Part shown: positions 1-9,326 of the stretch, piece after piece
How the letters are laid out: every line of letters begins with the position of its first letter
How positions within the stretch are numbered: the first letter of the stretch is position 1
Source of the DNA: an uncultured Spirochaetota bacterium
Lineage (GTDB): Bacteria > Spirochaetota > UBA4802 > UBA5550
Assembly: GCA_963827275.1 (NCBI GenBank)
Contig: CAWHAA010000007.1
Coordinates: 192,001-256,000, forward strand
DNA: 64,000 nucleotides
Direction of reading: 5' to 3'
Made by a program: the position numbers and the translations under genes
The notes under the pieces: generated by a model
Told to the model about the DNA's origin: nothing
The model's database searches: none
Seen by the model: only the letters and a program-made list of their open reading frames with translations

Positions 1-1009
1 CCGAACAAGATCCAGATCGGGACGAAGCTCACCCGCGGTCTCGGGGCGGGAGCGGACCCGGGAGTCGGCCGCGAGGCCGCGCAGGAGGACCGGGACAAGA
101 TCCACAAGGCGCTGAAGGGAGCCGACATGGTGTTCATCACCGCAGGCATGGGCGGCGGCACCGGCACCGGCGCGGCCCCGATCGTTGCTGAAGTGGCCAA
201 GGAGCTTTCGGCCCTGGTGGTCGGCGTGGTGACCAAGCCCTTCAAGGTGGAAGGGAAGAAACGGCTCAGCCAGGCCGAGGCAGGCATCGCCAACCTGAAA
301 GAGAAGGTGGACACCCTCATTACGATACACAATGACTTATTACTGAAAATTATCGACCGCCGCACCCCGATCGAGGACGCTTTCAAGCTCGCTGACGATA
401 TTTTACGGCAGGGCGTGCAGGGTATCGCTGACCTGATCATGGTGACCGGGCTCGTGAACGTCGATTTCGCCGATGTCCGGACCGTGATGAGGGAGACCGG
501 CGACGCGCTCATGGGCGTCGGGCATCGGCACCGGCGAGAACAAGGCGCTCGAAGCGACCCAGCAGGCGATCAACAGCCCGCTCCTTGAGGAGACCAGCAT
601 CGAGGGCGCCAAGGCGGTCCTCATCAATATCGCCGGCGGCAACGACCTCTCCCTTCACGAGGTGAACGAGGTCACGGACGTCATTACCCGCCAGGTCGAT
701 CCCGAGGCGAACATCATTTTCGGGACCACCATCGATCCGGCCCTTTCCGACCGGGTGCGGGTCACCGTGATCGCGACCGGCTTCGACCGGCGCAGGAACA
801 TGATCAACCGCGGCGGGAGCCAGCAGGCGCAGGCCGAGCCGCGGAACGGCACCTCGCTCACGCTGATCGAGGGGAGCCAGAGCAGGCCCGAGAAGCGGAT
901 GCCGGCCGGCATGCAGACCTTCTCCCTTGATTATGAGCGCAAGCGCACCCGCGACTATCAGAACGAAGACCTGGACATACCGGCATTTTTACGCAGGGGA
1001 GTCGAGTAG
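1..1009 (+). CDS. ftsZ: Cell division protein FtsZ, 5'-partial, one apparent +1 frameshift (extra G at ~520-522)
   Basis: Frame 1 from base 1 reads [20 protein letters not shown]...GMGGGTGTG (tubulin signature) and NVDFAD. After removing one G it continues [12 protein letters not shown] and joins ORF 662-1009, ending in the conserved core [10 protein letters not shown]. Confidence 0.97.
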
Positions 1010-1014
1010 GGGCC

Positions 1015-2025
1015 ATGCCAGCCGCGATGGACATTCTGGTCGATGAAGATGTCCGCTCCTTCCTGGACGCGAACGCCGCCGGGTATACGGCGGCCGAGCC
1101 CCTCGCGGGGGACGCATCCACACGCCGCTACTGGCGTGTCCGTGCGCCGGGCGGGACCCGGGTGCTGTGCGAGGACCCGGGCTTCGTCAATGCGCCCATC
1201 GCGGAATATCCATTCACTGTCGTGTACGCGCTGCTGAGAGAATACGTGCCTGTGCCTGAAATTTACGCCATGGACAACCGCCGGGGCCTTTTCCTCCTTC
1301 AGGACCTCGGCGATTCGCTTATGGAAGATGTCTGCCCCCTTCATGACAGCGGCGGGACGGCGCGGCTCTACCGGCGATGTATCGACAACCTCCTCCGGAT
1401 ACAGACAATACGGGGGAAGGGCCAGGCGCCCTTCTCCCTTTCTTTTGATGTCGACAAGCTCATGTTCGAGTTCGATTTTTTCATCGAGCACGCCCTGCGC
1501 GGCTACTTCGCCGCACGGACCGGCGATGAAGAGGAGCGGGCCCTCCGCGCGGAGTTCCTTAAAATTTCCGAAATTCTCTACCGTCCGGGGCTCTTTGTCC
1601 TGGCACACCGTGACTACCATTCCCGGAACATTATCCTCTTCGAGGACACGCCGTACATCATCGATTTCCAGGACGCGCGCATGGGCCTCCCGCAGTACGA
1701 CGCCGTCTCCCTGCTCAGGGACTCCTACCTGCGCCTCGATGATGGGGTCTTCGAGGAATGTAAAAAATATTTTTACGAGGGAGGGAGGGGCATGGAGATA
1801 CACTCGATGGGCAGCGACGAGTTCAATTACTACTTTGACGTCATGGCCTTTCAGCGCAATGTGAAGGCGCTCGGCACGTTCGGGTACCAGGTGTCGGTCA
1901 GGGGGAACAGGCGCTATGAGCGGTATATCGTCCCGACGCTGGCATACCTGGACGCGTACGCGGAGCGACAGGAGGTCCTTGAAAAGGCCTGGCGCATCCT
2001 GAGAAAATATACGGTTACACAATAA
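1015..2025 (+). CDS. amgK: APH-family phosphotransferase, likely anomeric MurNAc/GlcNAc kinase AmgK
   Basis: LAGDASTRRYWR, HRDYHSRN, IIDFQDARMG, YDAVSLLRDSY and QRNVKALGTFG motifs; a MurU-like gene lies nearby. The start may be 1027. Confidence 0.8.
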   Translation: MPAAMDILVDEDVRSFLDANAAGYTAAEPLAGDASTRRYWRVRAPGGTRVLCEDPGFVNAPIAEYPFTVVYALLREYVPVPEIYAMDNRRGLFLLQDLGDSLMEDVCPLHDSGGTARLYRRCIDNLLRIQTIRGKGQAPFSLSFDVDKLMFEFDFFIEHALRGYFAARTGDEEERALRAEFLKISEILYRPGLFVLAHRDYHSRNIILFEDTPYIIDFQDARMGLPQYDAVSLLRDSYLRLDDGVFEECKKYFYEGGRGMEIHSMGSDEFNYYFDVMAFQRNVKALGTFGYQVSVRGNRRYERYIVPTLAYLDAYAERQEVLEKAWRILRKYTVTQ

Positions 2026-2037
2026 TCATCGCCGAAG

Positions 2038-3037
2038 TCAGACACGTTTCTTTAAAAAATCCCCTATGACCTCTATCGCGTCGCGCGCTTCAGGAATGAT
2101 GACCCCGAAGGTTTGAAAGACGTGCCACAGCCCTTCGTATACCTGGATCGTCGCGTCCACCCCGGCCTTTTTCGCGCGTTCGGCCAGGCGGGTTGAATCG
2201 CTGAGTAAAATCTCGTCCGTGCCGACCTGGATGAGCAGGGGCGGCAGGCCGGCCAGGTTTTGGCGCACGGGTGAAAGCAATGGCGATTTGATCCTGAAAT
2301 TGTCGCTGAACAGGGCCAGGTGCCGCGGCATATCGTTTGGATCGAACCAGGGATCGATTCCCGCCTTTGTCTTTTGAGACTCGCCGTCAAAATGTACCGC
2401 GTCGGTGAGGGGGGACAGCATTACCGCAGCTGCGGGAAGGGGGATGCCGGTATCGCGCAGCTTGAGGAGGGTCATCACCGTGAGGCAGCCGCCCGCGGAG
2501 TCCCCGGCGATTGCCAGATCGTCCGGAGCGTAGCCCTGCCGGATGAGCCACCGGTAGGCGACAACGCAGTCGTCGAGCGCCGCGGGAAAGACATGCTCCG
2601 GCGCAAGCCGGTATTCAGGCACCAGCACGGGAAGGCCGGATGCGTTCGATATGCGGGCAACCAGCTCCCGGTGCGTGGCGCGCGACCCGGCGAGGAACCC
2701 GCCGCCGTGGGTGTAGAGGAGCGCCTTCTTCGGGGCCGGATCAACGTTCGCGGCACGGACCCATTCGGCTTTCATGTCGCCGATGGCTACCTCTTCCACC
2801 GCGGTGCCCTGCGGGAGGAGCGCCAGTTTGCTTATGTTCTCGAGGGTATTCCGTACCGCTGATACAAAATCCTTCTCTGACGCAAAGGCGGGCGCGATGT
2901 ATACCTCCACCGTCAAGCGGGCCATCCGGGCCCCGAGGGACGGCGTGAATATGCGCGTCTGTGATATGGCGATGATAATGGCAACTGCCGCTGCGGCGGC
3001 GATGACGATGATGAGATGCTTTTTTCTTCCTGTTCAT
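2038..3037 (-). CDS. Membrane-anchored alpha/beta hydrolase (HSL-like esterase/lipase); apparent frameshift in A6 run at ~3020-3025
   Basis: HGGG oxyanion motif, GDSAGG nucleophile, E/D and H near the C-terminus. ATG at 3037 has an AGGGGT RBS. Deleting one A gives MNRKKKHLIIVIAAAAAVAIIIAIS in frame with ORF 2038-2925. Confidence 0.85.
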
Positions 3038-3152
3038 AGTGTACCCCTACACGTTCCTGATAATGTTTCCAGTATTATGCTGCATACCGGCAGATTGTCA
3101 ATGGAATTATTCCGGAGACAACGGTTTCAGGCTGTTGAGTATAATCAGCAAT

Positions 3153-3306
3153 TACCGATACTATCGGTGGGGAGGTTGCTCTGACCCCGGAAGTACCGAT
3201 AACTATCGGCGGGTTGTTCTGACCCCGGGAGCACCGATAACTATCGGTAGGTTGCTCTGGCCCCGGGAGTACCGATAACTATCGGCGGAGGGGTTGCTCT
3301 GACCCC
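3153..3306. repeat. Four tandem ~38-41 bp repeats with a palindromic core (REP/BIME-like)
   Basis: Units start at 3153, 3194, 3232 and 3270. Consensus TACCGATAACTATCGG-(2-6 nt)-GGTTGCTCTGACCCCGGGAG; CCGATA/TATCGG is an inverted repeat. Confidence 0.9.
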
Positions 3307-3320
3307 AATGAATACTCTTC

Positions 3321-3350
3321 TTGACATATTTGCCCTGACCGCTATTCACT
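3321..3350 (+). promoter_or_regulatory. Putative sigma70 promoter of murU
   Basis: TTGACA at 3321-3326 and a weak -10 (TATTCA at 3343) just before ATG 3357; no SD sequence. Confidence 0.45.
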
Positions 3351-3356
3351 ATCACA

Positions 3357-4262
3357 ATGAAAGCATTCCTTCTCGCTGCCGGGTACGGCGAGCGCCTCAG
3401 GCCGCTCACCGACCGTATCCCGAAGCCCCTTGCACCGGTGATGAACGTCCCATCGATATGCTACGCGCTTACTCTCCTCAAAGAGGCCGGCATATCAGAG
3501 GTGGTCTGCAACCTCCATCATCTCGGAAGCGCGATAGAGGATTTTTTCCGTGTGCATGATTATTTCGGGCTCACGGTGACATTCTCCCGAGAGGAAGAGA
3601 TCCTCGGTACCGGGGGCGGCCTGGCCAACTGCAGGGAGCATCTCACGGACGGGCCCTTTATCTATCTCAACAGCGATATGATCGCCGATATCGACCTCGG
3701 CGCCGTGCTGCGCGCCCATGCCGCGTCCGGGTCTGCCGGGACGCTGGTGCTTGCCCCGGCAGCGCGGGGAAGAGGGCGCGTCACCGCCCGGGACGGCAGG
3801 GTCATTAATTTGCGCGGCATCCTTCCGGTCGATGCGCGGCCTGAACACGATTTCCTGGGGGCGGCGGTGCTTTCGCCCGCTATCTTCCCTTATCTGAAAA
3901 ACGGCTTCTCGGACATCGTCGAGAACGGGTTCCTTGACCTTGCATCAAGCGGCGATCTCGGATATTATCTATATTCGGACCCCTGGCATGATATCGGCAG
4001 TATCGAATCCTACCGCACCGCCAACATGGCGCTCCTTGGCATGCCGGATTCATACAGGAGGCGAATTCAAAGAGCGACCTCGCTGGAGCCAGCGGCGCTG
4101 GCCGCCGGCGTCCGCATCGGGGCGGGCGCAATGGTTGAGCGTTCTGTCATAGGCGAGGGATGCGTAATCGGCGACGGCGCGCGCGTTGAGGAATCGGTTT
4201 TACTGCACGGGGTGTTGCTTCAGGCAGGATCAGCGGCGGTCCGCGCTGTCAGATGGGTATGA
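3357..4262 (+). CDS. murU: NDP-sugar pyrophosphorylase, likely MurNAc-alpha-1-P uridylyltransferase MurU-like, with short C-terminal hexapeptide repeats
   Basis: MKAFLLAAGYGERLRPLTDRIPKPL, EEEILGTGGGL, NSD and WHDIG motifs; amgK partner nearby. Confidence 0.75.
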   Translation: MKAFLLAAGYGERLRPLTDRIPKPLAPVMNVPSICYALTLLKEAGISEVVCNLHHLGSAIEDFFRVHDYFGLTVTFSREEEILGTGGGLANCREHLTDGPFIYLNSDMIADIDLGAVLRAHAASGSAGTLVLAPAARGRGRVTARDGRVINLRGILPVDARPEHDFLGAAVLSPAIFPYLKNGFSDIVENGFLDLASSGDLGYYLYSDPWHDIGSIESYRTANMALLGMPDSYRRRIQRATSLEPAALAAGVRIGAGAMVERSVIGEGCVIGDGARVEESVLLHGVLLQAGSAAVRAVRWV

Positions 4263-4273
4263 ATATAATAAAA

Positions 4274-4440
4274 GTACCCGCGCTGCCGTGTAGGTAGCTT
4301 TTTGAACCTGATACCAGGTGGGTTCCCGCACGGATGGTCAGGTCTTCCCCGAAGGGCGTGACCATTGCAGCCAAATATTGGGATCCCTAAAAAGCTTTAG
4401 GTTCAAAAAAATACATTCCTATCACCAACAGCGCAGGCGC
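4274..4440 (-). ncRNA. ssrS: 6S RNA
   Basis: The minus strand folds into a long rod: ends GCCUGCGCUGUUGGUG / CACGGCAGCGCGGGU, inner UUUUUGAACCU / AGGUUCAAAAA. It carries the 6S-typical segments GGGAUCCC...AUAU and ACCCACCUG...GGUUCAAAA...ACGGCA. Ends are approximate. Confidence 0.8.
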
Positions 4441-4657
4441 CCCTTATCGGATACGCACCGGCATATTTGGCAACAATTTTTTTTCAACCCGAACAGACGT
4501 TTTGGCGATACTCGATGCGATCGTGTCGCGTGCTTATTGTTATTTTCGCAATTTAATATTTGACACCTGCGGGAGGATGTATCATACTCTGCACCCTGTT
4601 GTCAGCGAGGGCGCATCCCGACCGTCTTCTATCCAGTATGAATGCGAGGTGTTGTCA

Positions 4658-5380
4658 ATGATTGGAAAATATTTCAAGGATTTCGACAAGAAAATTCTCA
4701 AGATAAAAAAGCCCGTTGCCGGCGCCCAGGAGGGGAAGGGAAAAACCGTCACGCGCGCTTCGGTGGACCTGCGCATGATGAAGGAGAGCCTCTCGAAAAT
4801 CGTTCCCTCCCGCCTGAAAGTTGATTCCGTCAAACCGATTGACTCTTCTGGCTTTTCGCCCGAAGGGGTGGACCTTGTGGTCTATGAAGAGTATTGCCAG
4901 GATATGCTGGAGCTGATGGGAGGACATGTGCCGTCCGAGCTCCTGTACGGGATGTTCCACATCGTGCCGAACCTTACCAAAGAATCATTGACCGAGGTAT
5001 TGAACAAGGTCGCGACAGCGAAAAAACTGAACATGTACGCCGCATTACCCGAGGAAGAAGGGACGATGTCGCATATCCCGTCCTTTATTATCGCTGCTTC
5101 CTCCAAGTACCAGTTCAGCGAGCTCAAAAACGATATAATCAATTACTACCTTTCGAAAAATACCGGGTACCGTCATGAACTAGACATCCTCATGATCATG
5201 CACAAGGGGATCGTGGTGAAGAACTGGCGCGAGAAGCGGAGTTTTATCGCTCTTGAGACGAAAGAAGACACCTTTATGTGGTTTTTCATCCTCATGAACG
5301 AGTATCTTGACCAGAAAAAGGAGACGGCGATCGATTTCCGGAATTATGTCAAGAAAGATGTCATTTATAATGAATATTAG
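4658..5380 (+). CDS. Hypothetical protein resembling DUF6602 / PD-(D/E)XK fold
   Basis: GAGGT RBS before ATG 4658. Pattern VPSRLKV...IDSSG.S...DLVVYE...VPSE..YG....PNLTKESL resembles DUF6602, but no ExK is present. Confidence 0.55.
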   Translation: MIGKYFKDFDKKILKIKKPVAGAQEGKGKTVTRASVDLRMMKESLSKIVPSRLKVDSVKPIDSSGFSPEGVDLVVYEEYCQDMLELMGGHVPSELLYGMFHIVPNLTKESLTEVLNKVATAKKLNMYAALPEEEGTMSHIPSFIIAASSKYQFSELKNDIINYYLSKNTGYRHELDILMIMHKGIVVKNWREKRSFIALETKEDTFMWFFILMNEYLDQKKETAIDFRNYVKKDVIYNEY

Positions 5381-5455
5381 GCCTGTTGTCTGGCGAATCA
5401 TTGTAAATTTTCATTGTTTCTTTGAATTAAATTTTGTATAATTAGATTAATATTC

Positions 5456-5483
5456 TTGACATATTATAAATTATTGCTATTAT
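5456..5483 (+). promoter_or_regulatory. sigma70 promoter upstream of vWA gene
   Basis: TTGACA (5456) - 16 nt - TATTAT (5478), with an extended -10 TG, in an AT-rich intergenic region. Confidence 0.6.
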
Positions 5484-5639
5484 TATTTAGCGACTCCGCA
5501 ATTATATTGTTGTTTGTTTCAATGACATATCTTTATTATAGATAAAAATGATAATCCCCTAACAAGAGATCCATTGTGGGGCGGGGATAGTGGAGTTATG
5601 GAAGTACCCGGAAATACAAAGAGGAGAACTATTTTGGGA

Positions 5640-6728
5640 ATGAAATCTTTAAAGGCGCTACTACCATTGCTAACGGTTTTGATGGCTGTCCAGTTAACAC
5701 TGGTGCCGAACGGTCTCATGGCAAAACAGAGCAAGGATATCATTCTGGTCCTTGACACTTCCATGAGCATGATCGGGCAGGACGGCGGACAGGACATCCT
5801 TGACAGGGTTAAAAAAAGCATCAGCGATTACATCGACCGTGTAGAGGACGGAGACCGCGTGACCTTCGTTACCTTTGATACCAGCGTAAGGATGTATCCC
5901 GGCGTGTTTGTCGATGACGACAATGACCGGGACATCCTGAAAAAATATATCTCCATGACCGAGGCCACCGGACTGTGGACCTATACCTACAAGATGGTAA
6001 CCACCGTGCTGGATTCGGCCGAAAAGCTTGACAATAAAGATAATCGGCAGACCGAGATCGTCATCATGACCGATGCGATCGATGACCCGCCTCCGGGTGA
6101 CAAGAAATTCAACTTTGCTGATTTTGCCGCCAAATACGGAAAAAAATCGAACATGTGGATTTATATCCTCAGCTTCAGCGATCTCGCCAAGAGCGAGGCA
6201 GCGAAGAAGATGGAGCGGGACCTCGGGCTGATCTCTGACAACGTGAAGATCATCCAGACCGGCGAACCGGAAAAGGCGAAGGAAGAGCTGCTCGCGGAGG
6301 AAAAGATACAGGAGGCGAAGGGGAGGAGCATTCTCTGCCCGATAATTATCGCTGCCGCCATAATACTGCTCCTTCTCGCGCTCCTTTTCTTCGTCAAGCG
6401 GTTGCAGGACCTGAAAGTCTCGGGAAAATTCGAGTACTGGAACAATGAGATCATTGAGCCGTATATGCAGCATTTTGACCTGGCCCGCAGGCCCGCCCGT
6501 GAGATCAATGTGGGCAAGGGGCTCGGGTGCCTGCTGAACATACGGGACATAGACATAAAGAGGCCCATCACCATTAAGGCGGTACGGCATGAAGGCGCGG
6601 TACGGATGGCGATTATCGACAATGACAGCGCCAGGGCCGAGATCGTGAATCGCGAGCCGGACGGCCTCCTCCAGGATGGCGATGTGTTTAAACTGGGGAA
6701 TTATACCTTTAAATACTTTGCGTCCTGA
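5640..6728 (+). CDS. Exported vWA-domain protein with TM helix and C-terminal FHA-like domain
   Basis: Signal peptide MKSLKALLPLL...; MIDAS DIILVLDTSMSM...T...IVIMTD; TM IIIAAAIILLLLALLFFV; C-terminus LLQDGDVFKLGNYTFKY is typical of FHA ends. Confidence 0.8.
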   Translation: MKSLKALLPLLTVLMAVQLTLVPNGLMAKQSKDIILVLDTSMSMIGQDGGQDILDRVKKSISDYIDRVEDGDRVTFVTFDTSVRMYPGVFVDDDNDRDILKKYISMTEATGLWTYTYKMVTTVLDSAEKLDNKDNRQTEIVIMTDAIDDPPPGDKKFNFADFAAKYGKKSNMWIYILSFSDLAKSEAAKKMERDLGLISDNVKIIQTGEPEKAKEELLAEEKIQEAKGRSILCPIIIAAAIILLLLALLFFVKRLQDLKVSGKFEYWNNEIIEPYMQHFDLARRPAREINVGKGLGCLLNIRDIDIKRPITIKAVRHEGAVRMAIIDNDSARAEIVNREPDGLLQDGDVFKLGNYTFKYFAS

Positions 6729-6829
6729 TACGGGCCGCGTGGAGAAAAGAAAATAAGGCTAATTCGCCCGATACGGTTTGACGATAGGTGCTAAGGACGT
6801 CTCCTGACGGGATTTTTTAGAAATAAATC

Positions 6830-6857
6830 TTGACAGAAAAGGTTGAATTACTATTAT
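6830..6857 (+). promoter_or_regulatory. sigma70 promoter of cfpA
   Basis: TTGACA (6830) - 16 nt - TATTAT (6852). Confidence 0.6.
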
Positions 6858-7029
6858 CATACTTTTTGAATATCAGACTTGCATGAAATTTGGTTATTAA
6901 TGATTCTCATCCGGCCGCGGGAGGGTGCGGAAAAAGAAAAAAATGAAGGAATTTCAGCGGGTCTTAAAAGAAATAGACGCACGGAATGCATGAATATTTC
7001 AGCGCAGCGAATTAAAGGAGGAAGGATAA

Positions 7030-8988
7030 ATGGCTTTCACACAATTTCCTAAGAGTCCAAACAAGTTTCACCCGACCATTCCCAATGCCGTCGGTTCACA
7101 TGAATCATACGCGCAGGAAGGGCGTGACAAGATCGCCGAGCAGCGGCTCATCGTCAATGAAACCACGGATCGGGTCATAAACCAGGTCATATCCAAGATG
7201 CCAGAGGACGTTCTGGTCAAAATGGAAATCATGGGCGGTTTGAAGGAAAAGCTGTATAACTATATCAACCAGACCTACGTTAACATGTTCAACCGCTACA
7301 CGGTTACCATGGAAGACGAGTTCATGAAAAAGGTCAGGGACTTCGTTGACAAGGAAGAGCTCAGGGGCCTCGCCCGCTATACCCCGAGGGAGATAATCGA
7401 GCTCATGGACAAGATCGCCGGCCCGGACAAGTTCCACACTGGTGAAATCGAGAAATCGATCATCAACATGTATGGACACCTTCAGGGCCACATACAGCGG
7501 GGCGTCAACGACCTCGAAACAGAGACGAACTCGATCCTCCGCCAGAAGACTGACATCGGCGCTTTCGTCCGGGGCCAGAACGCATACGCCATATTAAAGT
7601 GCGTCTTCAAGGACAATGAATATCGTCCTAAATATGTATACGACGTCAAGCTTTCAATAAATATACTCGAGAGCGAGCTCATCAGCCCGATGTACCACTA
7701 CCAGGTGACCGTTGAGAATTTACTCAAAGACGCGATCCAGAAGCACGTACAGGACCTGATTGACCGCCAGGTGCAGGCCTTCAACGACGAGCTCGTCGAC
7801 CAGGGCAAGCGCGAGCTTACCGGAAGCGAAAAGCTGTTCGAGAAGATCAAGCGGATCGAAAACTTCACCGACGACGAGAAAGAGGACGAAAAATCGAAAC
7901 GCTACACCATCCTCGCCAAGAAGTTCCTGGACAAGATCGAGGGCCTCAGGGCCGAGATCGATGTCGAGGATTTCGATCCCCTCAATATCAGGGAAAATAT
8001 CAAGTACGTCATCGACGAAGAGAACGTGCGGAACCGGGGCTACAATACCGCGATCAACAACATCACCTCGATTCTCGACACCAGCAAGCTCGGCTACCAG
8101 GTGTGCAACAACATGAAAAACGCCAGGATATGCCATATCAGGGAATATGAAGAGACCGATACCTCCATCCTTCCGGATGAGCGGTATTCGATGAGGCTGG
8201 CGTTCTATGACCAGAACCAGCTCAAGGTCGAGAAAAAGGAATTCGACAAGCAAATGGACACCTTCTCCACCGAAATCAAGATGCTCTGGGATGTGTGCCA
8301 TGGCTACTACGAATCAAAGAAGCGTTTCCGCGCACTGAAGGACTTCGATGACCTGGCCAACAGGATCATGGCGAAAGACTGGAAACGCGCCAAGAAGGAG
8401 CGTGAAGAAGATCCTGAAACCATCCTCTGGAATGAAGTTGGCGAGATGTATCCGGAAGATTCGTTCGTAGAAAAGAACAACAGGACCTATGAACACCGGA
8501 TCGTAAATCTCAAGAACAAGCTGATCTATCTGAAAGATATGCTCCACAAGATGCATGGATTCCAGAACCCGGTGGAACGGGTCATCCTGGACGAGCGCAT
8601 CAGCTTTATGACCAAGCGGTTCAACGAGTTCACCTACAGGGTAAACCCGCACCATATTCAGCCGGGCCTGATCCTCGACATCGACATCGCAACGATCAAG
8701 AGGAAACAGTACATGCTGAAGGGCATGGCCAACGTTCTGAACGAATTCCTCTATGGCGTATCCAAGGGGTTCTCGGACGCAGCGTTCGCCCAGTACACGA
8801 GGCGCCGGTCGACCCAGAGGGAGGATATCGATCAGTCGTTTGCGGCCGAGGAAGTGGGCGCGAGCGTTATCGAAGAAGCCTACAGGGTTTCACAGCAAAG
8901 CCCCGGCAGCGAGATCAGCGGCGCTGTCAGCCTTTCGCCAAGGAGCGCGGCCAAGCCGGTGAAGAAATCCGGCCTGAAGGAACTGTAG
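7030..8988 (+). CDS. cfpA: Cytoplasmic filament protein A (spirochaete coiled-coil filament protein)
   Basis: Strong AAAGGAGG RBS. PKSPNKFHP..P.AVGS, MGGLKEKLYNY, NMYGHLQGHIQRGVNDLET and DVKLSINILESELISP match treponemal CfpA as recalled. Confidence 0.92.
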   Translation: MAFTQFPKSPNKFHPTIPNAVGSHESYAQEGRDKIAEQRLIVNETTDRVINQVISKMPEDVLVKMEIMGGLKEKLYNYINQTYVNMFNRYTVTMEDEFMKKVRDFVDKEELRGLARYTPREIIELMDKIAGPDKFHTGEIEKSIINMYGHLQGHIQRGVNDLETETNSILRQKTDIGAFVRGQNAYAILKCVFKDNEYRPKYVYDVKLSINILESELISPMYHYQVTVENLLKDAIQKHVQDLIDRQVQAFNDELVDQGKRELTGSEKLFEKIKRIENFTDDEKEDEKSKRYTILAKKFLDKIEGLRAEIDVEDFDPLNIRENIKYVIDEENVRNRGYNTAINNITSILDTSKLGYQVCNNMKNARICHIREYEETDTSILPDERYSMRLAFYDQNQLKVEKKEFDKQMDTFSTEIKMLWDVCHGYYESKKRFRALKDFDDLANRIMAKDWKRAKKEREEDPETILWNEVGEMYPEDSFVEKNNRTYEHRIVNLKNKLIYLKDMLHKMHGFQNPVERVILDERISFMTKRFNEFTYRVNPHHIQPGLILDIDIATIKRKQYMLKGMANVLNEFLYGVSKGFSDAAFAQYTRRRSTQREDIDQSFAAEEVGASVIEEAYRVSQQSPGSEISGAVSLSPRSAAKPVKKSGLKEL

Positions 8989-9031
8989 GAGAATACGGCG
9001 CAGCAGGCCGATTCAACAACAATGAAATGAG

Positions 9032-9065
9032 GAGGCTGGCCCCGAGGGACCAGCCTCTTTTTTTT
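9032..9065 (+). terminator. Rho-independent terminator after cfpA
   Basis: GAGGCTGG...CCAGCCTC stem followed by T8. Confidence 0.85.
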
Positions 9066-9156
9066 CGGAGATGCCTCGTGCTTTCTCGCGATAGCTCTTT
9101 TCCCGGCTCGACGCTTGTTCGCGGCGGTTTTATTGATTTTTATCGTTACAAAATGC

Positions 9157-9184
9157 TTGCAATTATTGTAGCGGCTTTTATAGT
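9157..9184 (+). promoter_or_regulatory. Putative sigma70 promoter for the HPr-like/PPDK-like pair
   Basis: TTGCAA (9157) - 16 nt - TATAGT (9179). Confidence 0.45.
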
Positions 9185-9326
9185 ATCAACCATGATCGGG
9201 GATGCTACAACCTTAAACGTGCAGTTTCATGGCCAGGTAAGAACACGGTCCCGGCTATAATTATAAATCATGCGCAACCCGGTTCGCGCATTTCCCCCCA
9301 ATAAACTCTGTCAAGGGAGCACTATA

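Noticed and set aside
1..1009. ftsZ (also purL, purQ) as true pseudogenes or programmed frameshifts
   Set aside because: Single indels in 2-4 nt runs, no slippery heptamer and otherwise fully conserved proteins; best explained as sequence error.
3153..3306. CRISPR array
   Set aside because: Units are contiguous, with only 2-6 variable nt, no unique spacers and no cas genes in the window.
4502..4657. ORF-track N-terminal extensions (also at 9270, 13143, 15364, 32297, 39786, 45461, 49330, 53682 and 58312)
   Set aside because: Better starts with RBS and family-typical N-termini lie downstream.
5456..9184. Lineage-specific 16-bp promoter spacer
   Set aside because: Seen in a few hand-picked promoters only; other candidates give 15-18 bp, and 16 is within the normal range.
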